This document shows, one piece after another, positions 31,601 to 49,160 of a DNA stretch of 64,000 bases; within the stretch, counting starts at the first letter, position 1; every line of letters begins with the position of its first letter. Source of the DNA: the human T2T-CHM13v2.0 reference genome, Homo sapiens; assembly GCF_009914755.1 (NCBI RefSeq), contig NC_060933.1. One strand, given 5' to 3'. A program made the translations under genes and the position numbers. The notes below the pieces were generated by a model, which was given only the letters and a program-made list of their open reading frames with translations, ran no database searches and was not told the origin of the DNA.

Positions 31601-33929
31601 TATAACCCAAAATTAAAATAGGAATTATTTTGCTAGTGGATAATTATCTTGGACAGTAGGTCTTATATCTTGTTGAAGTGTGTAGAACACACATTTTCAC
31701 ATTCATTCATCTTTAAGTGAATATACCTGTAGGCTGATTCAGACTTGGTATTTTATTTATTTTAAACATTAGAAATGATAAATACTAATTTAAGCAAGTG
31801 CGATTACTATTTTAACTCATTCTTCGAGAGTTGCTTCATTTATCTCAGAGTTTTTGGTGTACCTTATTTACCTTATTTAGATTATATCATTGTATTAAGT
31901 CCTTTGCTTACTGCTGTAGTTTTTTGGTACCTAGAATAATTTATTATGGAATTGAATATTAAAAATTTGACGATCCCAATAGTTATGAAGCTTACAGATT
32001 CTGTATGTAGGCTTTTTTCCTCCTTTGGTTTCAGGCATAATGAATGGATGGCCCTTGCTTTCTGATATTTGTGTATCCAATTTTCTGAGGAAACACTTTT
32101 CTACAAAGTCTGCATGTTTGATTGTTCTACATTTTTCTTTCATTATAATTTGAAAAGGACTTAGATCCTCCAAATGAAAAATGGCTGTCTTGGCCATATG
32201 GTAAATTAGGCCTGCTTTATTATTGTCTAATAATTAAGCCTCCCTTTACTTATCCCACCCTCGTTTTAAAAACTAAAAACGTGTGGTAGCTGTATTAGTT
32301 AGAACATTTTCAAGTAACAGGAAGTAATTCAGTGGTAACTTCCTCATGTGGTTTACTGTTTGTCAAAAAGGAAAGTAGTTTCTTTTGAGAGAATAATGCA
32401 GTTTTTGCTGCTCAACATTTTCTCAAGCTCTTTGGAAAATAAGAGAGAAGTCTTTAATGTGCTTGTAATATGATAAGGACAGATTTAAAAATTTTGTTTC
32501 TCTTCTCATTACTTGGTGTTTGACTTCAGTGGAAGCTGAAAGAAGTAAATAGATGTTAAGTTGAAAATCTGCCTCAGTGTCAGATGCTCATATAATTTAA
32601 ATAATTTAAAATTTGTGGGTACTTATATTGATTGACCTTATATTTTAAAAACATAGGGAATAACATCAACTATTTGTATCTTCTCTCTTAACTTAAAGTT
32701 GAATTAATTAACTTTAGCTATCTAATAGAGTAGGTCCAGAAATTAACATTCAAATAACAGTAGTAAGTATAGGTGAAGACCAGGCTATCCCAAAGATAAT
32801 TCATTAGGACTTCTGTTTCTATAGTATCTTTCATATGATAGTAACTGTTGTAAACAATTGAATTATATATATCAATTTAATAAATAATTGCAATATTAAA
32901 AAGTTAGCCCCGATAATTTCTACCCAAACACCTCCAAATTATGCTACTTCAAAAACAGTTGAAGGGAAGTTTAGGAATATAATATAGTTTCATTTTAAGA
33001 CCACTAGGATAATAGACATTGTAATGTAATGGAAAAACATTTTGTCCCATAAAAACCACTTTCATTTAATGCTTTGTTTTTCTGTCTAACCAGGTAATAC
33101 CTAGCAAATACAGAAAGAGAGATAAAGCAAGCAAGCTGTTTTGAAAGTGTCTAATATTGGCTGATGTAGAGCTATAGGTGGGTGTATCTTATTATTCCAT
33201 AAAATTAAAAATAAGAGTGGGGGGAAAAAACAAATCCCAAGAAAATAAATGGAAGGTGAGTGAAGAGTGAATAGAATAAAAATAGAGATCTAGTATTTCA
33301 GTCAGTCTGCTAGTTAAATTTTATATTCAGAGCTTTAACATTTTGGGCTTTTAAATTTCCTGCAGTGCACATGACTTTCTTTCATAAAAGATATGTCAAT
33401 CATATTAGGAATAAAAGTAATAGCTCATATAGTGCTTTATTATTAGCATCTAAGAAACCACTGGTATTTGAGTAAATTGTAAGTTAGAATTGATTTTTTA
33501 ATAGCTTTTTAATGCAGATCAAACATTTGTGGCTTTTGAATGAAAAATACTTATCAACTAATTTTTATTAGCATTGCATTTTTTAAAAAATCTACATTAT
33601 AACATATTGGAGGTTGATTGAAAGGGAGTTTTTGCCTCCATTTTATAAAGATGCTCTGTAAGAGCACTGGTGATAATGATGTCTATTCCTGTATTTTTTG
33701 CTGACTTTTACCTGGTATCCTGTCAGTAATTGTTTTTTCATGTTGAGGAAGAAAAAAGAATCTATACTTGCATCTGTCAGTATTATTGTTGTTTTAACTT
33801 TATAGGTATATTGTAGACATTGAATTGAAAGATTTGTAAACTTTTGGTTTTCTGTGATACTGATTGGGAACAAAGGCATAGATAATCAGAGACAGCAAAT
33901 AATAGCCAAAAATATATATTTGATATGTA

Positions 33930-34120
33930 TTCATTTAGCCAACAATAACTAGGGCCTTTTGTGAATCACTGTGCAAGATGTGCTGGTACTTACAAAGATG
34001 AATCAGGTATAGACCCTGACCCCACGGATCCTATGGCTTAATAGAAGAGGTAAGAGGTGAGTGGCATAATAGAGTCATGGGGTGCAGGAGAGGAAAGATA
34101 CTGCTTTCATGAGGGGTAGA
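33930..34120. mobile_element. L2 fragment
   Basis: ttcatttagccaacaataact...cactgtgcaagatgtgctggtacttacaaagatgaat. Confidence 0.5.
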
Positions 34121-36663
34121 GGTGTGTGTCAGGGGAGATAAGGATATATCATGTTTAGAGGAACAACAGACTTTTAAAATTCTATTTTGAATTAGGTCGG
34201 TTTTTCTTAGACTGAGTTCCTCATTCTCCTAGGGTCCATTTGTAGGGAAAGGTTTTTTAGTTCTTAAATTATTTCTTAAATTTGTATTTTTATTTTGATG
34301 TTAAAAAGTGATCGTACCTGTTATAAAGGTAACACTTTGCAGTGATAACTCATAGATGAAAGACATTTGTTATAGGATGAGACTTCAGTTTCTTAAGTCA
34401 GTGTTTCTCATTGGGATTTTTGGACAGATATGATGTTCAAGAGAACTTTTTTTTTAAGGGGTTTATATATTTTCTAAGTTTGAGAAACAAAGGCTTAGGC
34501 TCATTTCATGTTACTTTGCACTGTCTAAACTACATTCTAATTGGTGGCAGAAAGTAGGTGGCCTAGAAATGTAAGTAGCAAATTTTTTTCAGGAGGTAAG
34601 GCAATTCAGCAAGGTAGTGGAGAGTTCACTGTCAGTTACCACTATTTAGGAGTTAAGTTGGTGGCAGTGCTGCTGAATGGGCACAGTTTGTTTGATTTTA
34701 AATGGTAATGAACTGTGAGTTTATTAAATAGAGGGTAAAAGTTCTAAATACATTCTGAACATAAACTAGACCCGTTAAAGTGGTTTGTGTTACAACCTAC
34801 TCTATAGTGTCCTATACAGTAGTCAAAGCTTTTGTGTAATTGATTACTTCTGTGGTCCCAATGTTAATTTCTGCTTATAGTTTTGTAATAGCTTAATTTC
34901 ATTAAAGTTAATTAAACATAGATTATCTTGTACAGTATGGTATAGAATTTTGTTCCATAAATTGGGAGAAACTCATAAGGAATAAATAAGTACTCTTTAA
35001 TTTATAGTTCGGTGTTTCCAAAGAAATTTGGGCTTCACATTGGGTGAATTCATCACGATAGATTTAAGAATATCTGTATTGAATATCCCAAACATTGTAC
35101 ACTTTTGGGGGAACATCACTGAACAATATTTTCCTTTCCCACTTATTTTTTTTTAGCAGAAAAAAATACCCCCCTGTCCCCAACAAACAAAACTGATCAA
35201 AGTAAGAATTAGATCATGGCTTTCAATTCCTTAGACATTTTTTGAAGTCTCTCCAGGCTTTTAAGATGAGGAATTCCTAGGAATTACTATTCTTACTGGG
35301 GAAAAAGACTATTTTGATTACAGAGAGAAAATTAGGTGACATTTGCTCACATTATACATAGAATAGAATGATTCTAGTTCATCTGTAGATTCTTATTATA
35401 GTGTTTCGCATGTAATATATGCTACTTTAGGATAATATTTTATTACTGTTTGAGGTTCTTAATAGTTCATGTGTCAGCTTGCCTTTATATAAAAGTCTAT
35501 GTAAGTTGCTTTGACAGACTTTAAATAAAAATGGGAAACACATAAATGCAGTGTTGCCATGTTCTCTTTTGTTTTGAGCAATTACAAGCATTTCTCATTT
35601 CCTGTGCACAGAAATTCCCTGAAAAATCAAGACGCTGCTAAAAGAGTCAAACTCTGAAAGAAATCCCAAAGATACATCACTGCTTGACGCAAACATTTTT
35701 AAGAAGTCACTGATTATAATGAACACAGCCTTTAATGGCAGTTTTTCATCTCCTTTTCACAAGAATGTGACAGAGTGTCATTAAGGTTTTAGAAATGAAT
35801 GCTCCTAAGGAAAGGAGGATCACTAGGACTACAATGATGCTCAGTATGTGGCCATGGGATTCTCTGTTGGGCTCTTTTTAGGTTTTTAATCAGGTTGGAG
35901 AAGGGAGTTAGAGAGGAAAGGAATAGGAACAGACAAGAGCTTTAGGACACCTGTACACCACAGTATTTTACTTTCTCATTGATCTTCTAGATGTTGAATC
36001 CGTAAGGTTTAATATAGAAAGTCAAACAAGGTTCCAAATATTTTGAGGACCAGTAAACAAAATCAGCTCTAACTATATATATGTGGAAGCACATAATTTT
36101 TGCATTTAACTTAAAGTGTTTGGATATATTAAATCTGAAATTTCATTTAAATAGTAATTCCAGTTCTGCTCTAAGGATATTGTTTTAACCCATTGTTCTT
36201 TTCTATGGTGACAGTGATTGCCCTTGATGTATTCTGCAGGTCAGTCAGATTGTATCACAGAAGAGGGCACATAATAAATGTGAGCCAGAAACAGCTATGT
36301 CTCAGTACAGGAACAGAAAAGCATATTTTTGCATCACACATTAAAATAACACCCAGAAGGCATTGCATCACATATAAATGTAAATCTTTTCTAGAGGGGT
36401 GTAGCATGGAAAGAAGGGTTCAGCCAAAATGTCCTCTTAAGTTTTTTAACAATAACAAACACTATAAAGCTCATATTTAATGAGTAATAATTAATGTCTA
36501 TGAAGTTTGTTTTATGAGTTTTTAAAATTACAGAATATTGTAATAAATAATGTAAAATATTACAAAATATGCTGTGCTTGAGAAGATATTTTTCCAGGTT
36601 AGAAAGTTACAGTTTTTCTGAGCAGGTGTTTTCTGTGAATCTCTGTAGCATTGGAATTTATAG

Positions 36664-36998
<335 letters not shown>

Positions 36999-37193
36999 AT
37001 TTATCTATTTCTTTTTTCCATTTGAAGTCAGAAAGAAATTGCTAGAATCCTTCAAGTCTTTCTCAGTGAGAGTAAACCTTTTCTGTATATAAAACGATCA
37101 TTCTGTATACTTCATTTTACTTTGAGTTTTTTAGACATTAAAGCTGACACTGGAAAGGGTAGCTTTTATTTTACTTTTTGACTTAGCTACTTA

Positions 37194-37607
<414 letters not shown>

Positions 37608-37974
37608 TTAGATCCTGTGGGTTGTTTCTTAGTATACTTTCTGGTAGCTCAGTGCTACATTAGCAGTTCTTTATTTTGGCATTGTATTTCCTCACACAAA
37701 GTAAAAAGTCTCATAAATCTTCCTCCTTTTAAAAAAATGAATTGAGACCAACAGTTTTCTAATCTGATCTGGCAACCTGGGCTTCAGTAAGGGCAGACTA
37801 ACAGTAATGGTAGTATGTAGTAGAAAGAGATTGAAAGAATTTCTCTCCCTGGAGTGCTCTAAAGAAAGATTTCCAAATAGCTATAGAAAATTAAATAACT
37901 TGCTTTGAATTAGGTAGGAAAATAAACTTGAACTTCCCCCTTTCTTCATTTGTGTTTTGTTTGCTGTTTTTTGT

Positions 37975-39575
<1,601 letters not shown>

Positions 39576-39622
39576 TGTCTTAATATAGTTTGACTCAATG
39601 GATTGAGTCAAATCATAGGTAA

Positions 39623-39918
39623 TTTTTGTTTGCTTTTGGAGACAAGGTCTTGCTCTGTCATCCAGGCTAGAGTGCAGTGGTACAATCACGGTTCATTGCA
39701 GCCTCAATCTTCAAGTTCTAAGTGATCCTCACACCTCAGCCTCCCAAGTAGATGAGACCACAGGCATGCACCATCATGCCCAACTAATTTTTTGATTTTT
39801 TGTAGAGATGAGGTCTCACTCTGTTGCCCAGGCTGGTCTAGAACTCCTGGCCTCAAGTGTCCTCCCGCCTCAGCCTCCCAAAGTAGCTGGAATTACAGGA
39901 TGAGCCACTCCGCCTGGC
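39623..39918 (-). mobile_element. AluJ
   Basis: Reverse dimer. Confidence 0.9.
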
Positions 39919-40213
39919 TCTTTGGGGATCTTGATTACTCTTGAGAGTGGAGGGGTGTCAACTCTTCTTTCCTTCTTTATTACCTGTAATGAAAATAACA
40001 GTGCTTACCTTGGGGTTTGTGAGTATGAAATGAAATAATGCATGTGATGAACTTAACCACCATCTTGCATTGACTGTATTATTGCTAACCCATTTTGAGA
40101 GATGAACTGTTTGAATATCAAGGTGTCATGTAGGCAAGAATATTGTATAAATATAAGCTTGTTTAGAATTCTGTGTCATTAATTGCATTTACTCTATCAG
40201 TTAATTAGAGATT

Positions 40214-40524
40214 CTTTTTTGTTGGCTTTTTTTGAGACAGTGTCACTTCGTCACCTAGGTTGGAGTGCAGGGGTGCCATCACAGCTCACTATAGCCCCGA
40301 CCTCCTGGGCTTAAGAAATCCTCTCACCTTATCCCCCAAGAGGCTGGGACTAAGGGTGCACACCACCATGCCTGGGTGATTTTTCTGTTTTTTGTTTTTT
40401 TTTTAAAATAGGGACGAGGTTTTGCCATGTTGCCCAGGCTTGTCTTGAACTCCTAGGCTCAAGCCATCTATCTGCCTCTGCCTCCCCAATGCTGGGATTA
40501 CAGGTGTGAGCCACTGCACCCGGT
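40214..40524 (-). mobile_element. AluJ
   Basis: Reverse dimer; TSD gttaattagaga on both sides. Confidence 0.9.
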
Positions 40525-40809
40525 CGTTAATTAGAGAGTCCTGATCTCAGTTGGATTGTTTAAAAGTGAAAGTGAATGATGATAATATTTAGTAAAATCA
40601 TCTTAATGCATTTTGACTTTTAACTTCTTCAGATTTTTATTAAAGTATAGAGAATTTAGATGTTTTAGAAAATCAGTGCAATATGTTTGGATTTTGGAAA
40701 ACATGAAATTTACATAATTTGAAGACAAACCTCATTGCATTTAATATTCTGTTTCCACATTTGTGGGTGTTCTGGCTACACTGGTTATTGGAAGACATTT
40801 AAAGATGGC

Positions 40810-41099
40810 GGGCGGGGTGTAGTGGCTCACACCTGTAATCCCAGCACTTTGGGAGGCCAAGGCGGGCGGATCATGAGGTCAGGAGATCGAGACCATCCTG
40901 GCTAACACAGTGAAACCCTGTCTCTACTAAAAATACAAAAATATTAGCCGGGCGTGGTGGTGGGCGCACGTAGTCCCGGCTACTCGGGAGGCTGAGGCAG
41001 GAGAATGGTGTGAACCCGGGAGGCAGAGGTTTCAGTGAGCCACCACTGCACTCCATCCAGCCTGGTGACAGAGCGAGACTCCGTCTCAAAAAAAAAAAA
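40810..41099 (+). mobile_element. AluY
   Basis: gagatcgagaccatcctggctaacac. Confidence 0.93.
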
Positions 41100-42685
41100 C
41101 GGCAATTAAGATGACATTTAAATAATTCACTTAGTAATAACCAAGTCAACCAAATTGATATTATTAATATGTAGTAGTTGTGCTTTTAATATTACATTTG
41201 ACAATAATTTTTTAATTAAATATATTCTAGTAAATGGTTTTGAATTCTAATTCTTTCTTTAAAATAATTCTTTCATATAAATACTTTTACATTTAAGTCC
41301 AGTGATTAGATATCTCATGCTGTTGACTAAGAACATTCAATCTTCGTAAACTGGCCATTGGTGTTCTGAGAAATTGAATCTTACAGAGTTCTTTAATTTT
41401 GAAAGTTTCTTGTTCTCAGATAATAGCCTTGTAAATGTCTCCAAATTTCAGAGTCCTATTCATCTTACCTAAAATACACTAAGCCTTTGTTCTCTTTAAG
41501 TAGTACAGATATCTTAGCAGCCGGTAATGGTTAAGGGTGTGAGTACAAGGAACATTCTGTTTTGGCCCTCTCTGTTGTGCATTGTAGATGCCTCATCACT
41601 TCATAAATATTTATTGAGTGTTTTTCTTGTTAAGCACTAGATAAACCTACAAAGGTAAATAAGACTAGAGTTCCTGACCTGTCAAGGATATCACCACCTG
41701 GTCTACCATCCATCTGTAGCAAAGTGACCCCAGCGTTCCTATGCTTACACTCTCCTTTTTGGCAGCTTGGCCATGTTAGTTCATGTGTGTTAGCTGTTAT
41801 TTTTTATTTTTGCTTTTGCCAAAAATCTCAGTAAGCTAAACATTGGGATCAGATAGGTTTCATTCTTAGATTTCTTGATAGATTTCTTTGGTTTAAGTTA
41901 TGGTTTGAGTTTGTTTCCCTTTTTCGTTAGTAAGGCCACATTTTTGTGAACATTTATTTGAATTAAATTTCTGTTTTCTTTGATTTAAGCCATTTTCATG
42001 AATTTTCTCCAGATGCGTGAATTGACATTAGATATCACATTTCTTTTTTAATGGCCATTATGGTTTAATATGTTGCTATTAAAAGGTTGTTTTAGCTGTT
42101 TTTCAACTCGTTTCATGATCTATGTGTAAGTTCCCAAAGGGAGAGATCATATTTTATCTTTTCCCGTAAACGCCACAGCATATAATAGAGTGCCCTGTAT
42201 ATGGCGGTTGTCAGTAAATGTTTGACTGGATTCTCTGAATGGAGTAAAACGGTTTTTAAATTCTTTTCATAGCAGGATAGCCCAAATGGCTATAAAAGAG
42301 GTCAAAAATTCTTTGTATAAATGTTTTTGACTTTTGGCTGAAACTATTAAATTCTTTATAAAATAAATCATCGTTAAAAAGATACCCACATTTATGTTAT
42401 AAGCCAAACTCTGTTATTCTGGTAACTGAAAGTTTGTGAGCTTTTTAGATGGTTAATGGGAATGTTCAGATAGATACGACTTTGTCATCTATTGTCTCTG
42501 CATTTGTTAAAATAGTAATGCTATCACTTTCTTTAGCCTCTAAGTTAGTTGATATTTATTTACCCTTGTTACCAATGTTCTTATGTTAAAACATTCATTC
42601 ATTCAATATTAACACCTTATTGTAGCTAGGTATTTTAATAAGTAAATTAACTTCCTGATGCAAGGAGTTGGTAGCATAGTACAGT

Positions 42686-42930
42686 GTAGTGTTTCACAAA
42701 TATAACCTGTTGATCCTATAAGGTCAAAACTATTTTCATCATAGTAAGATGTGGTTTTCTGTTATCATTGTTTTAGTGTTTGTACTGATAATGTGGAAGC
42801 AAACACCAAAACAATGAAAACAGAAAACCACATGATGGGTAAAACTGCTGATGCCTCAGCGTGAATCAGTGCTGTGACACCAGTCTGTACTAGTAGTCAT
42901 TGTATTCTTCACCATCACAAACTTAGTTGA
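42686..42930 (+). mobile_element. Charlie1-type hAT DNA transposon 5' fragment
   Basis: aggtcaaaactattttcat...gggtaaaactgctgatgcctcagc...ctgtactagtagtcattgtattcttcacc. Confidence 0.75.
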
Positions 42931-42945
42931 AAAAAAAAAAAAAGG

Positions 42946-43232
42946 CGGCCGGGTGCTGTGGCTCAGTCCTGTAGTGCCAGCACATGGGAAGATAAGGAGG
43001 GAGGATGACTTGAGCCCAGGCGTTTGAAACTAGCCTGGGCAACGTAATGAGACCCTGTCTCTAAAAAAAGAAAATTATCCAGGTGTGGTGCTTGCCTGTA
43101 GTCCCAGCTACTTGGGGAAACTGAGGCAGGCAGATTCCCTTGAGCCCAGGAGGTCAAGGCTATAGTGAGCCATGATTGTGCCACTGCACTGCAGCCTGGG
43201 TGACAGAGTGAGACCTTGTCTCAAAAAAAAGA
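42946..43232 (+). mobile_element. AluJ
   Basis: ttgagcccaggaggtcaaggctatagtgagccatgatt. Confidence 0.9.
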
Positions 43233-43727
43233 AGTTAACCTACAGAATGAGAGAAAATATTTATAACCCACGTATCTGATAGGGGACTAATATCTAAAAT
43301 GTATAAGGAACTCATAATACATATTTGTAGCAAACCAAGTAACCCAATTAAAAAATGGGGTAATGGACCTGAACAGGCATTTTTCCAAAGGCATACAAAT
43401 AACTAACAGATATGTGAAAAGGTGCTCAATATCACTTTTCAGGGAAATGCAAATCAAACCACAATGAGGTATCACCTCACACCTGTTGTTAGAATGGCTA
43501 TTATCAAAAAGTAAAATGATAACAAATAGTGGTGAAGATGTGGAGATTGGGAACCTGTGTACACTGTTGGTGGGATTGCAAATTGCTATAGCTGTTACAG
43601 GAAACAGTATGGAGGTTCCTCAAAAAACTAAAACTAGAACTACTGTCTGATCCAGCAGTTCTGCTTCTGCCTGTATATTCAAAGGAAATGCAACTACGGT
43701 CTTGAGGAGATATTTGCACTGCCATGT
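43233..43727 (+). mobile_element. L1M ORF2 3'-end fragment
   Basis: agggaaatgcaaatcaaaccacaatgaggtatcacctcacacctg...acactgttggtggga...agtatggaggttcctcaaaaaactaaaactagaactac. Confidence 0.9.
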
Positions 43728-45867
43728 TACGTTAGAGTATATACAGAATATACTTGGTAAGGATGTACTTCAACTGGTTGAAGCAGAAGTGAATGGGTGA
43801 ACTTGAGTGTGGCCTGCCACTCTTGATTATTTAATATCCTGTAGCATCGGTATGTTTTATAAAACAAATTGAGAGCATTAGTCATTTTTAGTCAGTGGGT
43901 TATGTAGAGATTTGTTAAGAGAGCATTTATTGTGACAGTTTGAGTCTGTACAACATCCTTGCTTAGAAACCAATTAAAATGCCTCAAGGAATGGATACGT
44001 ATGTAGTTACTTCTTCCCTTTCTAGATCCCAAATGTTAAAGGGTATTATATAGACCCAAGGAAGTTGTTTGGTTTTAAGCACTTAGCCCCATGTTGAACA
44101 ACGACTCTAGGCAGACATACTTGATGAGTGAAGCAAAAGGAGGAAAAGCAAAAGTCAAAAATGGATTTTGATTATGGGTAGTGATCAAGGAATGGATGAT
44201 GTGGGAACAGTGTGTAAGGAGTATCTGGAGGGAACATGAAGGGGAGTAATTGTGTCAGACAAGTTTGAGAGAGTCATTTATATGACATTTCCCCCTTGAG
44301 ATTTTCCCTTTTATCTTGAATTTTGTATTACTGAAGATAATAAATGCATATATTTAGCTAATGTGAAACAAGTGTTTTCTCTGGTGGATTGACTTTTTTT
44401 TTTAACAAAGATATGTGTATTATATATAAAATTAATGTGGTAACCTTTTCATCTTATTCTCCTTAGAATCCATCAGTAGAAGAATTATTTTGTACACTAT
44501 GTGTGAAAGATCAAAGAATATGGGGCAGTCACCAGTTGTTTACAACCTGGTTTGCAAGTGGCATAAAAAAATATTAGTTTGTCTGCTGAATAAAATTAAA
44601 CTTATTTTTCTCTCTGTAGCATATTAATTGTATTATAGTATGCCACAGCCACTTCCAGTGCAATCCTCCTAGTCTTGGAACAGCAGCCAATTCCAGGAAT
44701 TAAGAGAATTAGGTTACTTTGCCTAGTGGCACAAAAAATACCAAGGTATTAAATCATTGGCTTGTCTGTTTGGGGCACAATCAGAAATAAAGTTTAGAGA
44801 TAAAAGTTGATTTGCATGCTGTTCACATTTGTTCATACTTTAACAGGTATGTTTTTCTATTTCTCTCCGATTTATATAATCCTTTTGAAACAGATTTTCA
44901 GTTGCTGTTAGGTCCAGAGGAACAGAATGTTAATAAAATTTTAGGTTAAAGACTAAATTCAGAATTCAACTACAGTAACTTGATGCTACTGGCTGTGACA
45001 ACATTTTAATCTATCTTTGGAATATTTAAGCAAATATTAAAATATGTGGTTACCTAACATGGCTATATATTAAAATATAAATGTTATATTACCCTGTAAC
45101 ATTTTAAATGATTTACTAATCTATTATGTAAAGTAATATAAGAAGCCAGTTTAGTGGTAGAAATGTTAATTTTATTTTAACTTTAGTATTTCAAAACAAA
45201 GATGTTATTTTTGAACTCAAAGTGGTAGAAGCAGAGAGGAGGTGACAAACTGAGAACCTTTTGATTTTGTTGGGGTGGAACTTGGTCTGCTGTTATAGCT
45301 GACATTATTACTGTATCTCAATGATTTTTGAGATTTTGGGAAAATTGTTTTAATGTTTCACTCCCAAGCGCTGAAGATACTCCAGAAATCTTTGCCGTTC
45401 TGTTCCTATAACATTTGCTCTTCCATTTTGAAGCTACAACAGTGTAGGATATTTTCAGCTTTCTAGAATTCCTGTAGAACCTCTGTATTCTAAAATCTCC
45501 CAGGATTAAGGAGGAGAAAAATAAGCAGAAAGACATCAGAAAAACTAATCAGTCATTAGGTTCTCTGGCAAGTGAAAAATGGAATAAAGATAAAGAATGT
45601 AGTGGTTAATCAAGAGTAACCTGTTTATAACATAGACTAGGCTCAAAACTTAAACTTGAAACTTAACACAATAAATTAAACCATCTTTGTAAACAGTAGA
45701 ATTTAAAGAGATTCCCTTAAACATTAAACATTAGGACCTTCTGTGGTGTCACCTTATTCAAACTACCACTGTGTTACCTCTTTTTGACTCTTAAGGCTGC
45801 CAGACACCCTACTTGAAGGATCCTGTTGGAACCTGTGGAAATAATACTTACAAGAACGTTGCAGCTA

Positions 45868-45966
45868 AGCTGGTCCGGGTGCAGTGGTGTTACAACTAAT
45901 GGATCACAACCAGTCACGGATTTCTTTGTTCCATCTCCATTCCCACTTCTTCACTTGACTAGCCTT
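45868..45966 (+). pseudogene. Y3 RNA (RNY3) retropseudogene, near full length
   Basis: agctggtccgggtgcagtggtgttacaactaatggatcacaaccagtcacggatttctttgttccatctccattcccacttcttcacttgactagcctt closely matches hY3. Confidence 0.92.
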
Positions 45967-45971
45967 AAAAA

Positions 45972-46255
45972 GGCTCATGCCTGTAATCCCAGCACTAAGG
46001 GAGGCTCAGACAGAAGGATCATTTGAGCCCAGGAGTTTGAGATCAGCCCAGGCAACATAGCGAGACTTCATCTCTACTAAAAATAAAATAAAAAAATTAG
46101 CCAGGCGTGGTGGGGTGTGCCTGTATTCCCAGCTACTTGGGAGGCTGAGGCAGGAGAGTCACTTGAGTAATAATGGGGTTTGAGGCTGCATTAAGCTAGG
46201 ATTGCACCATGGCACTCAAGCCTGGGCAACAGAGTGAGACCCTGTCTCAAAAATA
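45972..46255 (+). mobile_element. AluJ lacking its first ~14 nt, fused to the Y3 copy
   Basis: Begins ggctcatgcctgtaatcccagc directly after the Y3 copy plus A5. Confidence 0.9.
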
Positions 46256-46335
46256 ATAATGTTGCAGCTAAAAGGTCCTAAAGCATTATGTGGGCCAGAA
46301 TATCCCAAATCTAGTTGTATGTCACATTTAACATG

Positions 46336-47334
<999 letters not shown>

Positions 47335-48521
47335 TCAATTATAAATCACTGCTTCAAGGCCAGTGCTCTCACTTTGTACATTAATAATCTCAGGCCCAAA
47401 TAAGATAAGTGATATGTCAACGTATGTTCACTTTGGTCTTTACATGGCAGCTATAGTATACGGAATATTATAAGCTCAGATCGTCATAGCTACATAACTC
47501 CTTTAGTTGGAAGATCACGCGTAAATGCCCATCAAGAGCTAGCAGTTCTGCATTTGACTCTTGAAGACCGTGGCATGGCAGACAACACTTCTTGAGCTGT
47601 AACAGGTGGACATTAAATCCATGACAGGAGGTAGAGACGGCCAGATTACTTGAGCCCAAGAGTTTGAGACCAGCCTAGGCAACATGGTGAGACCTCATCT
47701 CTACTGAAAAAGGAGGATAATCCAACTCTCTTCTACTTCACATTAATATCCTTTTAATGAGCATGGTCAGATACTTTGGAAAGTTGTGGAGATAACTTCA
47801 GAAACTAAATCTGAATAAAAACCTATGTGTAAACGATCATATAGATGGCTGTTAGCAAAGTGGTACTTTTGTAAACTTTATAGTTGACATACTATAGTAT
47901 ATACTACATATATACTTATATACTACATATAATACATAGAATTATACATAATATACTATAGTATGTCAACTATAGTATAGTATATTTGACACGTTTAAAA
48001 TGTACAGTTTCATAGATTTTAAGATACATATATACACAGGAAGCCATCATCACAATCAAGATAGTGAACATAACCTAAATCTCCAGAAGTCCCTCATGTT
48101 CCTTTGTGATCTTGTCTCCTGCCCCTTCATACCGTCCATCCCCAGGGAACCATTGCATTCTGTCATGAGAGATTAGTTTTGCACTTTCTAAAATTTTGCA
48201 TAAGTGGAATCATACAGTAGGGACCCTTCAGGAGTGGAGGAGGGCTGGCTTATTTCAGTCAGCATAATTGAGATTCATCCATAAAGTAGCAAGTATCAAT
48301 ACTTTTTATTATATATTGATTGTGGTTATCCCACAGTTTATCCATTCACTTATTGATGGACATTTGAATTCCAGTTTTTAGAAATTACAAAGCTGCTAAG
48401 AACATTTTAGTACAACTCTTGGTATGGATAGATGCTTTCTTCTTGAGTAAATACCTCGGAGTGGAATGGCTGAATTGTAATGGATATGTGTGTTTATCTT
48501 TCGAAGGAAACAACAGTTCCA

Positions 48522-49160
<639 letters not shown>

